This document shows positions 50,423 through 60,271 of a stretch of 64,000 bases of DNA, piece after piece. The notes beneath the pieces were generated by a model that ran no database searches, was not told where the DNA came from, and worked only from the letters and a program-made list of their open reading frames with translations. The translations under genes and the position numbers were made by a program. The stretch's first letter is position 1; the number at the start of each line of letters is the position of its first letter. Source of the DNA: a bacterium (GTDB taxonomy: Bacteria; Patescibacteriota; Gracilibacteria; Peribacterales; Peribacteraceae); NCBI GenBank assembly GCA_029558515.1, contig JAKQEM010000024.1, positions 57,164 to 121,163 of the forward strand. Reading direction: 5' to 3'.

Positions 50423-51817
50423 ATGCCCGCCGTCTGCTTCTACTTCCAGGTCCATCAGCCCTACCGCCTCAAAGATCTGCGCATTCGACACATGGACTGT
50501 GAGCACCCTGCGTACTTCGACGAAGAGAAGAACCGACAGATCTTCCGGAAAGTCGCGGAGAAGTGCTATCTGCCGACCAACAAGCTGATGCTGGATCTGC
50601 TGAATCGACACAAGGATTTCCACATCGCATACTCGCTCTCCGGCGTCTTCCTCGACCAATGCAAGGAATACGGACCCGACGTACTGGCATCCTTCCAGGA
50701 GTTGGCAAAGACAGGCAAAGTAGAATTCCTCGCGGAAACCTATTACCACTCGCTCTCCGCCGTCGCATCGATCGGTGAATTCGCCGAACAAGTGGGCATG
50801 CACGTGCGTGCCATGGAAGAACTCTTCGGCCAAACCCCGCGCACCTTCCGCAATACCGAACTCATCTTCAACAATGAAATAGCCCAGATAGCGCGGCTCA
50901 TGGGCTTCTCCGGCATCATCGCCGAAGGCACTGACCATCTGCTGCGTGGCCGCAGTCCCAATAACCCCTTCCGCATCCCGCAGTTCCGCGTCAGCCGCGG
51001 CCAGGAGCGCGCCATCGGCACCAAGCGTCCTCTGGCGGAACGGGCGAAAGACATCACGGTCCTCTTGAAGAACTATCGCCTCAGCGATGACATCGCCTTC
51101 CGTTTCTCCGACCGCAACTGGTCCGGGCATCCCCTCTCCGCGGAAACGTACGCCGACTGGGTGCAGCACAATGACGGCCACACGGTCAATCTCTTCATGG
51201 ACTACGAAACCTTCGGCGAACATCAATGGGCCGATACGGGTATCTTCGATTTTTTGGAAGCATTGCCGCGCATACTGGGAGCGCGTGGCATCCCCTTCTT
51301 TACACCCGCACAAGCCATTGATACCTGGAAAAACAAACACCGTGACCTCTACGACGTTCACTCCACCATTTCCTGGGCGGATACCGAACGCGATCTCTCC
51401 GCGTGGACCGGAAATCGCATCCAGCAGAGCGCCCTGCATGCGGCATTCGCATTGGAACACGCCATCAAAGCATCGGAGGATGCAGAACTCCTGAACGTTT
51501 GGCGCAAACTCCTCACCTCAGACCACCTCTATTACATGAGCACCAAGTACTGGAATGACGGCGACGTACACAAATACTTCAGCCCGTACGAATCCCCCTA
51601 CGAAGCCTACCGCCGTTTCAGTCACGCGCTGTGCGACCTGAGGGAGCGCGTAACGATCGGCGCAACGAGTGCGGTGAAAACGAAACAACGCACCAAGAAA
51701 CACGCGACCATAAGCACGGGGCGGAAGATACAAGACGCAAGACACAAAAATGCGACGAAACGAGAAACGAATAAACGAAATAACGAAATAACGAACAAAC
51801 GAACTTCTATCTCCTGA
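50423..51817 (+). CDS. GH57-family glycoside hydrolase with a repeat-derived C-terminal tail
   Basis: VCFYFQVHQPYRL, and a GH57-like FMDYETFGEHQW region. The last ~30 codons are read from a heptamer array. Confidence 0.8.
   Translation: MPAVCFYFQVHQPYRLKDLRIRHMDCEHPAYFDEEKNRQIFRKVAEKCYLPTNKLMLDLLNRHKDFHIAYSLSGVFLDQCKEYGPDVLASFQELAKTGKVEFLAETYYHSLSAVASIGEFAEQVGMHVRAMEELFGQTPRTFRNTELIFNNEIAQIARLMGFSGIIAEGTDHLLRGRSPNNPFRIPQFRVSRGQERAIGTKRPLAERAKDITVLLKNYRLSDDIAFRFSDRNWSGHPLSAETYADWVQHNDGHTVNLFMDYETFGEHQWADTGIFDFLEALPRILGARGIPFFTPAQAIDTWKNKHRDLYDVHSTISWADTERDLSAWTGNRIQQSALHAAFALEHAIKASEDAELLNVWRKLLTSDHLYYMSTKYWNDGDVHKYFSPYESPYEAYRRFSHALCDLRERVTIGATSAVKTKQRTKKHATISTGRKIQDARHKNATKRETNKRNNEITNKRTSIS
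51727..51817. repeat. 13-word heptamer array forming the 3' end of the GH57 ORF
   Basis: GATACAA GACGCAA GACACAA AAATGCG ACGAAAC GAGAAAC GAATAAA CGAAATA ACGAAAT AACGAAC AAACGAA CTTCTAT CTCCTGA. Confidence 0.85.
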
Positions 51818-51833
51818 TTCAATCCCCTTCTTC

Positions 51834-53882
51834 ATGCCCCGTTCTCTCGTCCTCGGCAACGGCTCACTCCTCTGCACGTTCGACGCGAACATGGAGATGC
51901 GCGATCTCTACTTCCCGTTCGTGGGCATGGAGGATCACACGACCTACGGCAACGTCCATCGCATGGGCTTCTTCGTGGAACACAAAGGCTTCTCCTGGGT
52001 CAGCGACGGTACATGGCAAATCACACCGGGATACAAGCTGGATACGCTGGTGGGACAATCGACACTGCGCAATGACCGATTGGGACTCAGCATCGTGCTG
52101 GAAGACTGCGTTCACCCGGTGCACAACGTGCTGCTGCGACGCATGCGCATCTCCGCCACCGATGGAGAGGAAAAGGTCGTGAAGTGTTTCTTCCATCACA
52201 ATGTACACATCTACGGAGACAACCAGAAGGACACGGCGTTCTACGAACCCTACACCAATGCAGTCATTCATTTCCGCGAGCGACGGTACTTCCTGATCGG
52301 CGGCGTCACCAACCGCGCCATGGAATGCCGGATGCCCGTGAACGCAGGCAGCGCGGAATCCGTGCTGCACAGCAAGAGAAATCTCCTGAGCTCCGGCCTC
52401 AGTTCCTACTCCATCGGCAAGGCCAACTACCGCGGACTGGAAGGAACGTGGCGCGACGCCGAAGACGGAGAACTGAGCCGCAATCCCATCGAGCAGGGCT
52501 CCGTGGATTCCACCGTGGCCATCCATTGCCGCGTGAGTCCCGCGGAACCGACGGATGTGACACTGATGGTCTGCGTCGGACGCTCGCTGGATGAAGTCAT
52601 CAATCTGGAACAGATTGTGCTGGAGGAAACACCCGACCGCCTCTTCCGCAACTGCGCCAACTACTGGAAGAGCTGGGTGAACAAACTACCCCTCCCCGAA
52701 CAAGACATCGAAGCCGATATCCTCCATCTCTTCCGGAGAAGTCTCTTCATGATGCGCGCCCACGCAGATGCCAATGGCGGCATTCTGGCAGCGGCAGACA
52801 GTGATATCATGGCATTCAACCGCGACACCTACACCTACGTTTGGCCGCGCGACGGTGCATTCATCAGCCTCGCTCTGGATCAAGCGGGTTACAGCGAAGT
52901 CTCCCGGCGTTTTTTCGAATTCTGTCGACAGATTCAAACGCCTGACGGGTATCTGATGCACAAGTATAACCCCGATGGCTCCGTGGGTTCTTCGTGGCAC
53001 CCGTGGTTCCGACGAGGCGAACTGCAATTGCCCATTCAGGAAGATGAGACGGCGTTGGTGCTGGTCGCCCTCCTGCACCATTTCGAACACACGAAAGACT
53101 TTGAATTTTTGCAGAACATGTACGAGAGCTTCATCAAGAAAGCCGCGCAGTTCCTCTGCGACTATCGGGAAGATGAGACGGGGCTGCCGCTCCCCAGTTA
53201 CGACCCGTGGGAGGAGCACCGCGGCATCTTCACCTACACCAGCGCCACCACCATCGCCGGCCTCTCCGCCGCCGCGCAGATCTCGCAGATGCTGGGACAT
53301 GTCACGCATTCCGAAAAGTATCAGACTGCCGCAGACAACATGAAGCAAGCGATGCTCTTCCATCTCTTCGATGAGGAGACGAAGCGCTTTGTGAAGAAAA
53401 TCCAACGTCGCGACGGTCACACGATCGAAATCGACCGCACGCCCGATGCCAGCTTGGGAATCATCTGGAAGCTGGGTGTCCTGCCTCCGGATGACCCGCG
53501 CGTCATCTCCACCATGAACCAACTGAGAGACACCCTGACGGTACGCACATCGATCGGAGGTTTGGCCCGATTCACCAATGATTGGTACCACGCCGCCGTC
53601 ACCCCTTCCGCCGAAGTACCGGGCAATCCCTGGATCATCACGACGCTCTGGGACGCACAGTGGCGCATCGCCTTGGCCAGGAAACCGGAAGATCTGGCGC
53701 CCGCACGTGAAATCTTGGAATGGGCCGTCAGCCGCGCCTCCGTCGCAGGGCTCCTGCCCGAGCAAGTCCATCCATTCGACGGCACTCCCCTGTCCGTTTC
53801 TCCTCTCACCTGGAGCCACGCAGTCTTTGTGGAAACGGTACTGCAGTATGCGGAGAAATCTCAAGAATTCTCACATAAATAG
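51834..53882 (+). CDS. GH15-family glycoside hydrolase (glucoamylase/glucodextranase-like)
   Basis: LGNGSLLCTFD is at the N-terminus. YVWPRDGAFISLAL and DPWEE also fit. The length and domain order are typical of bacterial/archaeal GH15. Confidence 0.85.
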   Translation: MPRSLVLGNGSLLCTFDANMEMRDLYFPFVGMEDHTTYGNVHRMGFFVEHKGFSWVSDGTWQITPGYKLDTLVGQSTLRNDRLGLSIVLEDCVHPVHNVLLRRMRISATDGEEKVVKCFFHHNVHIYGDNQKDTAFYEPYTNAVIHFRERRYFLIGGVTNRAMECRMPVNAGSAESVLHSKRNLLSSGLSSYSIGKANYRGLEGTWRDAEDGELSRNPIEQGSVDSTVAIHCRVSPAEPTDVTLMVCVGRSLDEVINLEQIVLEETPDRLFRNCANYWKSWVNKLPLPEQDIEADILHLFRRSLFMMRAHADANGGILAAADSDIMAFNRDTYTYVWPRDGAFISLALDQAGYSEVSRRFFEFCRQIQTPDGYLMHKYNPDGSVGSSWHPWFRRGELQLPIQEDETALVLVALLHHFEHTKDFEFLQNMYESFIKKAAQFLCDYREDETGLPLPSYDPWEEHRGIFTYTSATTIAGLSAAAQISQMLGHVTHSEKYQTAADNMKQAMLFHLFDEETKRFVKKIQRRDGHTIEIDRTPDASLGIIWKLGVLPPDDPRVISTMNQLRDTLTVRTSIGGLARFTNDWYHAAVTPSAEVPGNPWIITTLWDAQWRIALARKPEDLAPAREILEWAVSRASVAGLLPEQVHPFDGTPLSVSPLTWSHAVFVETVLQYAEKSQEFSHK

Positions 53883-53900
53883 CCCTTCCCCCATTCATCA

Positions 53901-54962
53901 ATGCAACCCAAAGAAAACAACGAAACATTTTCACCGAATCGAGTGGTCGAATATGTCCGTAACCATGTGCAGGAATTCTCTCCGACAGAAGCAAAGGAAC
54001 TAATTGCTTTACTCCAGACAATAATCGAAGCAACAAACAATACGACGACAGCCACTCCTATATTGACGAGATCCCCACCCACAGAAATGCCGATTGATAC
54101 TATTCAAAAAGCGATCCACGACAAGCTACCCAACATAACGGATGAGAAAATTTGGAATGCATGGAGCAATGAACCACTGAAAATTGCGATAGGAACATTA
54201 AGTAACGAAGAAAAAAAGATCATTGAGAGTATGGCAGCCGCCCTGGTCCGTGATTGCAGCAACTTTACTATTACAGCGAGTAAGCCTATTGGGGACCCCA
54301 AAACACCCGACCATTTCGACCATTGCAGTTTCCGAATACGGGAAACATCCCAAGAACACACCCTCTCAGAACTTTCCGAATCTCTCAAAAAATGTCTGCC
54401 TAATGATGCACAACTACTCATGAATCATGGAGGAGATATGAGCACGGCGCGATCAATACTTCTCCTGAATCACCCGAATGATCCGAGTAAAACAATTATT
54501 TTATATCGGATGCTCAACCCCGGAGGAGCAAGTAGCTTGTGTCAACAACAGGATTCTAGGAAAAGTACACAAGCAGCAACCATCGTCATTGATTCTCATA
54601 GTCCCTTTTGCGATTTTTTGCGCAGTGGCAGCTACGGGAAACTCATTTCATTCATTTTGCGACATGCTGCAGTGCAAATGCATCCAAAGGCATTGGGATA
54701 TTTTGATGCAACACTGGAAGGATACCGAGCATACGGAAAAGAAAATCCACTCGTCATTTTGGATCAGGCACAACATAATGGCTACAGTTTCCTATGCACT
54801 GAGAATGAAAAAGATGCATGCAAAATAATTAAGAATGCCGATGCATCGCAGCTAGTCATTTTTGGAAAGAGTGCAGGCCTCAGATATGCGCAATTAGAAT
54901 ATAATCCACCCACTGTTGCGCCCAGATGGAGAGAATACATTCCGAATGTGAGCATACAATGA
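53901..54962 (+). CDS. Hypothetical protein (AT-rich orphan appended to the glycogen cluster)
   Basis: A 353-codon ORF in clearly AT-richer DNA. No motif recognised. Confidence 0.5.
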   Translation: MQPKENNETFSPNRVVEYVRNHVQEFSPTEAKELIALLQTIIEATNNTTTATPILTRSPPTEMPIDTIQKAIHDKLPNITDEKIWNAWSNEPLKIAIGTLSNEEKKIIESMAAALVRDCSNFTITASKPIGDPKTPDHFDHCSFRIRETSQEHTLSELSESLKKCLPNDAQLLMNHGGDMSTARSILLLNHPNDPSKTIILYRMLNPGGASSLCQQQDSRKSTQAATIVIDSHSPFCDFLRSGSYGKLISFILRHAAVQMHPKALGYFDATLEGYRAYGKENPLVILDQAQHNGYSFLCTENEKDACKIIKNADASQLVIFGKSAGLRYAQLEYNPPTVAPRWREYIPNVSIQ

Positions 54963-55010
54963 TCATCCCCTCGTTGTCTGTCATAAGAAGAAGGATAGTA
55001 ACCCATCCTA

Positions 55011-55346
55011 TCACGCCTTCCGCGCACTCTTCGCAAAGGCCAGAAAATACCGATCCAGAGAATCGGCTGTCGAATGGTACTCATTCTCCTCCACCAAGAA
55101 ATCGCAGAGCACCTCCCGCATCCGGCAGAGTTCCCGCAAACGACCGCGATGGCGGGGGTCACTGATCGTCAGATCCAATAATTCCAACGCGCGATGAAAC
55201 GCAGGCTCAAATCGAACGGAATGCTGTTCCCGTGCCCGTAGCGCACGACTCACTTCGCTTCCCACATTCCCCAGCTGCTCACTCAATGAGAGTGTCCGCC
55301 ACCGTCCCGCCGCGAGATCGTCGTGTACGGGTGTCATGTGATCCAT
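55011..55346 (-). CDS. Hypothetical all-helical protein
   Basis: 111 aa. LSLSEQLGNVGSEVSRAL faintly recalls MazG-like all-alpha NTP-pyrophosphohydrolase helices (unverified). It overlaps the upstream gene by 13 nt. Confidence 0.45.
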   Translation of the reverse strand: MDHMTPVHDDLAAGRWRTLSLSEQLGNVGSEVSRALRAREQHSVRFEPAFHRALELLDLTISDPRHRGRLRELCRMREVLCDFLVEENEYHSTADSLDRYFLAFAKSARKA

Positions 55347-55680
55347 TGGGAAACGACTGCGCGAATCCGTTGCTGCAACAAAGGATCCTCAACCGATCGG
55401 GAACGATTCCCCTGTCCGGGGCGAATATTGATCATGGAATCAAACTCCAGCCATTCCTCCCCTTTTTCCCGGGGATAGAGATTGATACCTCCACATCCGA
55501 TTGCGCAGACCCATCCTCCAATGGCAATTGCTCCGCATCCGCATGCAATTCACAGCCCACCGCCACAAGTTCACGCTTACAATCCACGACCGCCTTCACC
55601 ATATCGCCGAATCTCTCCTCCGCAAGTATACGCAAGTCATCGCGACGGAGACGATCCCGAAGAATGTGCAACGGCGACAT
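55334..55680 (-). pseudogene. Small conserved protein (I believe DUF5674-like) with a 1-nt frameshift
   Basis: Frame A reads MSPLHILRDRL...FGDMVKAVVDCKRELVAVGCELHADAEQLPLEDGSAQSDV. Frame A-1 continues GINLYPREKGEEWLEFDSMINIRPGQGNRSRSVEDPLLQQRIRAVVSQWIT. The switch lies near 55485-55492. Confidence 0.5.
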
Positions 55681-55756
55681 CGGCGGAATCAAAACAGGAA
55701 CATTGCACCTCGTCCCCCATTCCGTCATTCTGTTCTCCGCCATTCCCACCGTCTGC

Positions 55757-56620
55757 ATGCAGCACACGTTTCTCACCATCCTCCTCATTCTCGCATCCCT
55801 CACGGTCGTGCCGATGACGACATTGGCGCAGGAAACGACGGAAACGGGAAGCGGCATGACGGTGGAAGAAAGCGGATCGGGCAGAACGCTCAGAGATATG
55901 CTCGATGCCATACAAACGACACTGGGAACGCCGAAGGACGCTACACCCTCCACGATCGCCGTCGATGAGAAACTGCTGCAGGAATGGCAGACGGAATCCG
56001 TGCGTATGCGCAAGCGTATCACACAGAATCGACAGGACTGCGCCGAAGCGATACGTCGCGCAAACCGCGATACGCTGATGGAAACGGCCGCACGCTGCGT
56101 CCGCAACGATCTCCTGCAGGAAACGGCGTTGCTGCGTGCGCATCAGGAAGTGCTCGATGCCACTCCGCTCAGCAGTGAGGCGACACGCCTAAAGGTGCAG
56201 GAGGCGATGACCGCCTTCACCGATGCCTCGACCGCCATTCTCAACGCCATCGATGCGGGACTCTTCCGGCAGATGGACACGCTGCGACAGGCCACCCGCA
56301 ATCTCCACACGCAGTACCGACAAACGCTGCATAGCCAGTACACGCTCCTGCGCCTGGAACGGGAGAGGACGTGGATGCTCTCCCTGCGCGACAGGATGTC
56401 TGCGCTGCGCGAAGCCGATCCTGCCGCCGACGCGCTGCTTCTGCCCGGCGCCCTCTGTCTGGCAGACGCAGCCACCCTGCTGCAGGGGAAAAGCGGGACT
56501 GGCTACGGCATCGGATCCACCGATCATTTACAAATCGTGCGCATCCAAAACAACGAGTGTCGAATTTTGATGCAACAGGCTGTTTCTGCGGCGCGTACAC
56601 CCGAAAAACCGCTAGAGTAA
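55757..56620 (+). CDS. Hypothetical secreted helical protein
   Basis: Signal peptide MQHTFLTILLILASLTVVPMTTLAQE. The upstream part of the 55232 ORF is antisense to other genes. Confidence 0.5.
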   Translation: MQHTFLTILLILASLTVVPMTTLAQETTETGSGMTVEESGSGRTLRDMLDAIQTTLGTPKDATPSTIAVDEKLLQEWQTESVRMRKRITQNRQDCAEAIRRANRDTLMETAARCVRNDLLQETALLRAHQEVLDATPLSSEATRLKVQEAMTAFTDASTAILNAIDAGLFRQMDTLRQATRNLHTQYRQTLHSQYTLLRLERERTWMLSLRDRMSALREADPAADALLLPGALCLADAATLLQGKSGTGYGIGSTDHLQIVRIQNNECRILMQQAVSAARTPEKPLE

Positions 56621-56733
56621 GCCATGTGTGTGCCCATCAAAGAATCCGCTATTTTATAGTATTCTGAAACATTTTTTGGAAATAGAACACTTCCAGTCCC
56701 CCGTTTGGGAGCCTACGATCTGTGACCCCTCTC

Positions 56734-57432
56734 ATGGCAGACCGCAGTTTCCGCCACCGGGTTGAACACACGAGAAACAAGCATTCTCGCGCAATTTGCA
56801 AGGGCGATACCATCATCATCCGCTTGGCACGCAATCTCTCCCGCACCGAGGAGCAGGAACACATCCAAAACCTCCTCCGGCGCATGACGCACCTGGTCCT
56901 CCAAGAACGGCAGAAAACCATGATCAATCCCTTCGATCATCTGCTGAATGGCGGCCAGACGCAGACGGTGCGATTGGCCAGCGGGCGCAGAATGCATCTC
57001 TCGATGACCCCCGGACTGCGCACAAAAGCCGAGCGCACCGCGCGCGGCTGGAACATCGCCGTGAGTCCGCAGATTCGCCGCAAGGCTTTGCATCGCTTCC
57101 TCTGGTCTCTCGTCGCCAAGGCGGAGGAGGAGCGCATCGAAAAACTCGTCTGCAGCATCAACCAAGCGACGCTCCGCGTCCCCGTGCGAGAGGTGCGTCT
57201 GCGCTTCGCATCCACGCAGTGGGGCAGCTGCTCTCCCAAGGGCGTCCTGACGCTCAATGTCGCGCTTCTCTTCCTGCCGTCGTCGCTCCTGCGCTACGTG
57301 ATTATCCACGAACTGGCCCACCGCATCCATGCCAACCACTCCCCCGCCTACTGGCGCGAAGTCGAGCGCGTGCTGCCGCAGTACCGTCGCGCGTACAAGG
57401 CGCTGCAGGAGTACAGACTCCCGCAAGCGTAG
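56734..57432 (+). CDS. YgjP-like (DUF45/M48-related) zinc metallopeptidase
   Basis: QWGSCSPKGVLTLNVALLFLP..LRYVIIHELAHRIHANHSPAYW contains HExxH. The ORF opens at a GTG at 56722. Confidence 0.8.
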   Translation: MADRSFRHRVEHTRNKHSRAICKGDTIIIRLARNLSRTEEQEHIQNLLRRMTHLVLQERQKTMINPFDHLLNGGQTQTVRLASGRRMHLSMTPGLRTKAERTARGWNIAVSPQIRRKALHRFLWSLVAKAEEERIEKLVCSINQATLRVPVREVRLRFASTQWGSCSPKGVLTLNVALLFLPSSLLRYVIIHELAHRIHANHSPAYWREVERVLPQYRRAYKALQEYRLPQA

Positions 57433-57753
57433 GCAAGTGAATAATGCAAAACGAAACGTGACGATGGACTGAGGAACTATCTCCAATGAACATTGCACAT
57501 GTAGTACTTTGGATGTCGCATTTGCCACGCATCTTCGTTGTCAGACCGACAAGAATGGCAGTATACTGATCCGGCATGCTGAGCTCCATCTCCTCCACCG
57601 GCAGACGCGACGGCGACGACGATGACGAGAACGGCACCAAAGACAATCCTCTCCAGGGAACGGATACCGGTGTGGAAAGCGGTGAGTACAAACACCCTGT
57701 CGATCTCAATATCCCGGGAGATCCGGCAGAAGACAATTCGCAGCTCTGACTGC

Positions 57754-58332
57754 TCACAGAGCAATTGCCAATCCCACCTTCCGAGCAAGCTCCCCGAAGA
57801 GAAACACCGGGAATCCGACGATGCTCGTAAAGTCTCCTTCGATGCGTTCGATCATGAGTTGGCCGAGTCCGTCGATCTGAAAGGCGCCTGAGCGTCCCCG
57901 CCACAGGTCCGTACGCAACCACCAATCGATCTCATCGGCGGAGAGAGATTTGAAGGTGACGGACGATGAGCTGAGACCATCCATCATCACCCCTGCGGGA
58001 CTCAACACTGCAAGACCGGAATGCACGATCGATGTGCCGCCGCTCTGGAGCACAAGCATCCTGCGCGCGTCCGCTTCATCCAACGGTTTTTCCAAAAGAG
58101 AGCCATCCGGCGCAACCACGAGCGTATCGCACCCGATGATCCACTCGCCGCGATGGCGCTCCCCCACCTCCTGCGCCTTCTCCCGCGCCAACCGGACCGC
58201 ACGCTGCGCGGGATCCCTCTCCGTACACATTTCCTCTTCTATGCGACTGGGAATGGCGGAGAACGTCAGCCCCAGACCTGCGAGAAGCGCTGCACGCTGC
58301 GGACTGGCGGAGGCGAGAATGAGGGGATGCAT
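57754..58332 (-). CDS. maf: Maf-family nucleoside triphosphate pyrophosphatase
   Basis: LILASASPQRAALL, GCDTLV and GAFQIDG motifs. An alternative GTG at 58362 overlaps the trpS stop. Confidence 0.85.
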   Translation of the reverse strand: MHPLILASASPQRAALLAGLGLTFSAIPSRIEEEMCTERDPAQRAVRLAREKAQEVGERHRGEWIIGCDTLVVAPDGSLLEKPLDEADARRMLVLQSGGTSIVHSGLAVLSPAGVMMDGLSSSSVTFKSLSADEIDWWLRTDLWRGRSGAFQIDGLGQLMIERIEGDFTSIVGFPVFLFGELARKVGLAIAL

Positions 58333-58358
58333 GGAAAGAGGAGAAGAGGGCGCACAGT

Positions 58359-59339
58359 TCACTCCAACCCCACCGCCTTCATCACCCGCTCCAGCGTGAC
58401 ATCGGCGATCGCACGAGCCTTCGCCGCTCCTTCCGCAACAATCTTCGCAACGGCATCGGGTTTGGAAGCCAGCTCTTCGCGACGCAGGCGCATGGGAGCA
58501 AAGAAATCCATGTACGTCGTCAGTAAACGTTTTTTTCCTTCACCATACGGCAGGCCGCTCCTGTACTCGTCGGCCAGCGCCTTCTGATCGCCCTCGTCCA
58601 AAAACAGTTTGTGCATCTGATAGACGATGCACCCCTCGGGATTCTTGGGATCATGCACCGCGCAGGAATCCGTCACGATCCCCATGATCGCTTTCTTGAT
58701 GGCGGCATCGGACCCGAAGAGCGGAATCGTATTGCCATAGCTCTTGCTCATTTTTTGCCCGTCCGTCCCCGGCACCACCGCCGTACTCTCCCGGATCACC
58801 GGCTCGGGCATCGTGAACGTCTCACCGAATGTACCGTTGAATTTCCCTGCCAGATCCCGCGCGATCTCCACGTGCTGCTTCTGATCTTTGCCGACGGGCA
58901 CATGCGTCGCATCGTAGAGGAGAATATCCGCCGCCATGAGGACCGGATAAGTGAAGAGTCCGACGGACGCGGCGATCCCTTTCTCCACCTTCTCCTTGTA
59001 ACTCACCGCCCGCTCCAAAAGTCCCATCGGAGCGATGGTGGAGAGAATCCACAAGAGCTGTGCGTGAGCGGGAACGTGCGACTGGTAGAAGAGAATGGAT
59101 CGTTCCGGATCAAATCCGCACGCCAGATAGTCAAGAATAATGTCTGCACGGGCTCTCTCCAGCGCCGCGCGATCCTGCATGGTCGTCATCGCATGCAGAT
59201 CGGCAATGAAAAAAATGTTCTCGCCCCGTCCCGCCATCGCCAGATTTGGCTGAATGGCACCGAAGTAATTCCCAAGGTGTAACTGACCGGAGGGCTGGAT
59301 GCCCGAAAGAACGCGCTGGGGATGTGTGGAAGCAGCCAT
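58359..59339 (-). CDS. trpS: Tryptophan--tRNA ligase
   Basis: SGIQPSGQLHLGNYFGA (the HIGH-type region) and KMSKSYGN. ATG at 59339; the ORF upstream is translated repeat array. Confidence 0.9.
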   Translation of the reverse strand: MAASTHPQRVLSGIQPSGQLHLGNYFGAIQPNLAMAGRGENIFFIADLHAMTTMQDRAALERARADIILDYLACGFDPERSILFYQSHVPAHAQLLWILSTIAPMGLLERAVSYKEKVEKGIAASVGLFTYPVLMAADILLYDATHVPVGKDQKQHVEIARDLAGKFNGTFGETFTMPEPVIRESTAVVPGTDGQKMSKSYGNTIPLFGSDAAIKKAIMGIVTDSCAVHDPKNPEGCIVYQMHKLFLDEGDQKALADEYRSGLPYGEGKKRLLTTYMDFFAPMRLRREELASKPDAVAKIVAEGAAKARAIADVTLERVMKAVGLE

Positions 59340-59349
59340 ACCGATGCAT

Positions 59350-59566
59350 GATAAATGCGAAATGATAAATGCGAAATGCGAAAATGAATAATAGTGACAA
59401 GGACTGCAAGGATGACAAAGACTACAAGGAATACAAAAATGACGTCGATAACAATATTCCTCCTTCATTACACATACATACATATATCCTTGTCTTCTTT
59501 GTAATCTGTTCCCCTCATTATTTTCTACCCCCTACAACCTACCCCCAACCCCCTGCCCCCTTCATC
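59350..59566. repeat. Long low-complexity word array in the trpS-rluA spacer
   Basis: GATAAAT GCGAAAT GATAAAT GCGAAAT GCGAAAA ... then CAAGGA-type words ... then CTACCCC CTACAAC CTACCCC CAACCCC CTGCCCC. Both ends are 7-phased; the middle is less regular. Confidence 0.8.
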
Positions 59567-60248
59567 GTCCCCGCAACTCCTGCAACACCTCCTCAAACGC
59601 CTTGGGAAGCGGCGCATGGATGGTGAGGGGTGTGCCCGTGACGGGATGCGGCAGCGTGAGCGAAAACGCATGGAGGAAGAAGCGACGGTAATGGTGCGTG
59701 CGCTTGAAGACGCGATCGAGGCGCGGATCGCCGTAGAGCGCATCGAGCAGGAGCGGATACCCGATCATCTGCATATGCTTGCGAATTTGATGCTTTCGGC
59801 CCGTGCCGATGACGAGTTCCACGAACGACGCTTTGGGAAAGACGGCGAGTGTGCGAAAGTGCGTCACGGCATGCACTGGTTCCCCGGATGCCCGAGCCGG
59901 GAGTGCGCGCTCGATGACTCCTTCCTTCCGGTCCATCTTCCCCGTCACGATGGTGCGGTACGTCTTCTTCCACTCCGTAAAACCGCGCGCGCGGATCGCC
60001 GTGACGATAGCCGCGCTCTTGGCAAACACCAGCACGCCGGAGGTGGCGTAGTCCAATCGGTGCACCACGCGCAGGCCGGGATACGATTTGTGGAGGAAAT
60101 CATAGAGCGCTTCCTTGGACTTGCCTCCACTCCCGCCCTTCTTCAGCGGCCCATCGGCGCCGGCGACGGACAGTTCGCCGCATAGCTTATTGACGACGAG
60201 CAGGGCGTCATCCTCAAAGAGTATCCTATCGGGCGCGATGGTCTTCAT
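59562..60248 (-). CDS. RluA-family pseudouridine synthase
   Basis: LLVVNK and the catalytic VHRLDYATSGVLVFAKS. An alternative GTG at 60275 overlaps the upstream stop. Confidence 0.85.
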   Translation of the reverse strand: MKTIAPDRILFEDDALLVVNKLCGELSVAGADGPLKKGGSGGKSKEALYDFLHKSYPGLRVVHRLDYATSGVLVFAKSAAIVTAIRARGFTEWKKTYRTIVTGKMDRKEGVIERALPARASGEPVHAVTHFRTLAVFPKASFVELVIGTGRKHQIRKHMQMIGYPLLLDALYGDPRLDRVFKRTHHYRRFFLHAFSLTLPHPVTGTPLTIHAPLPKAFEEVLQELRGR

Positions 60249-60271
60249 GCGGGGAGTGTACAGCAAAAACG

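Noticed and set aside
55232-55756. The N-terminal 175 codons of the 462-codon ORF 55232..56620
   Set aside because: This part is antisense to two better-supported minus-strand genes and is Pro/Ser/His-rich. The gene was trimmed to the signal-peptide start at 55757.
57477-57788. A 103-codon minus-strand ORF between the metallopeptidase and maf
   Set aside because: It overlaps the maf 3' end and has no motif beyond one hydrophobic stretch. The evidence is insufficient.
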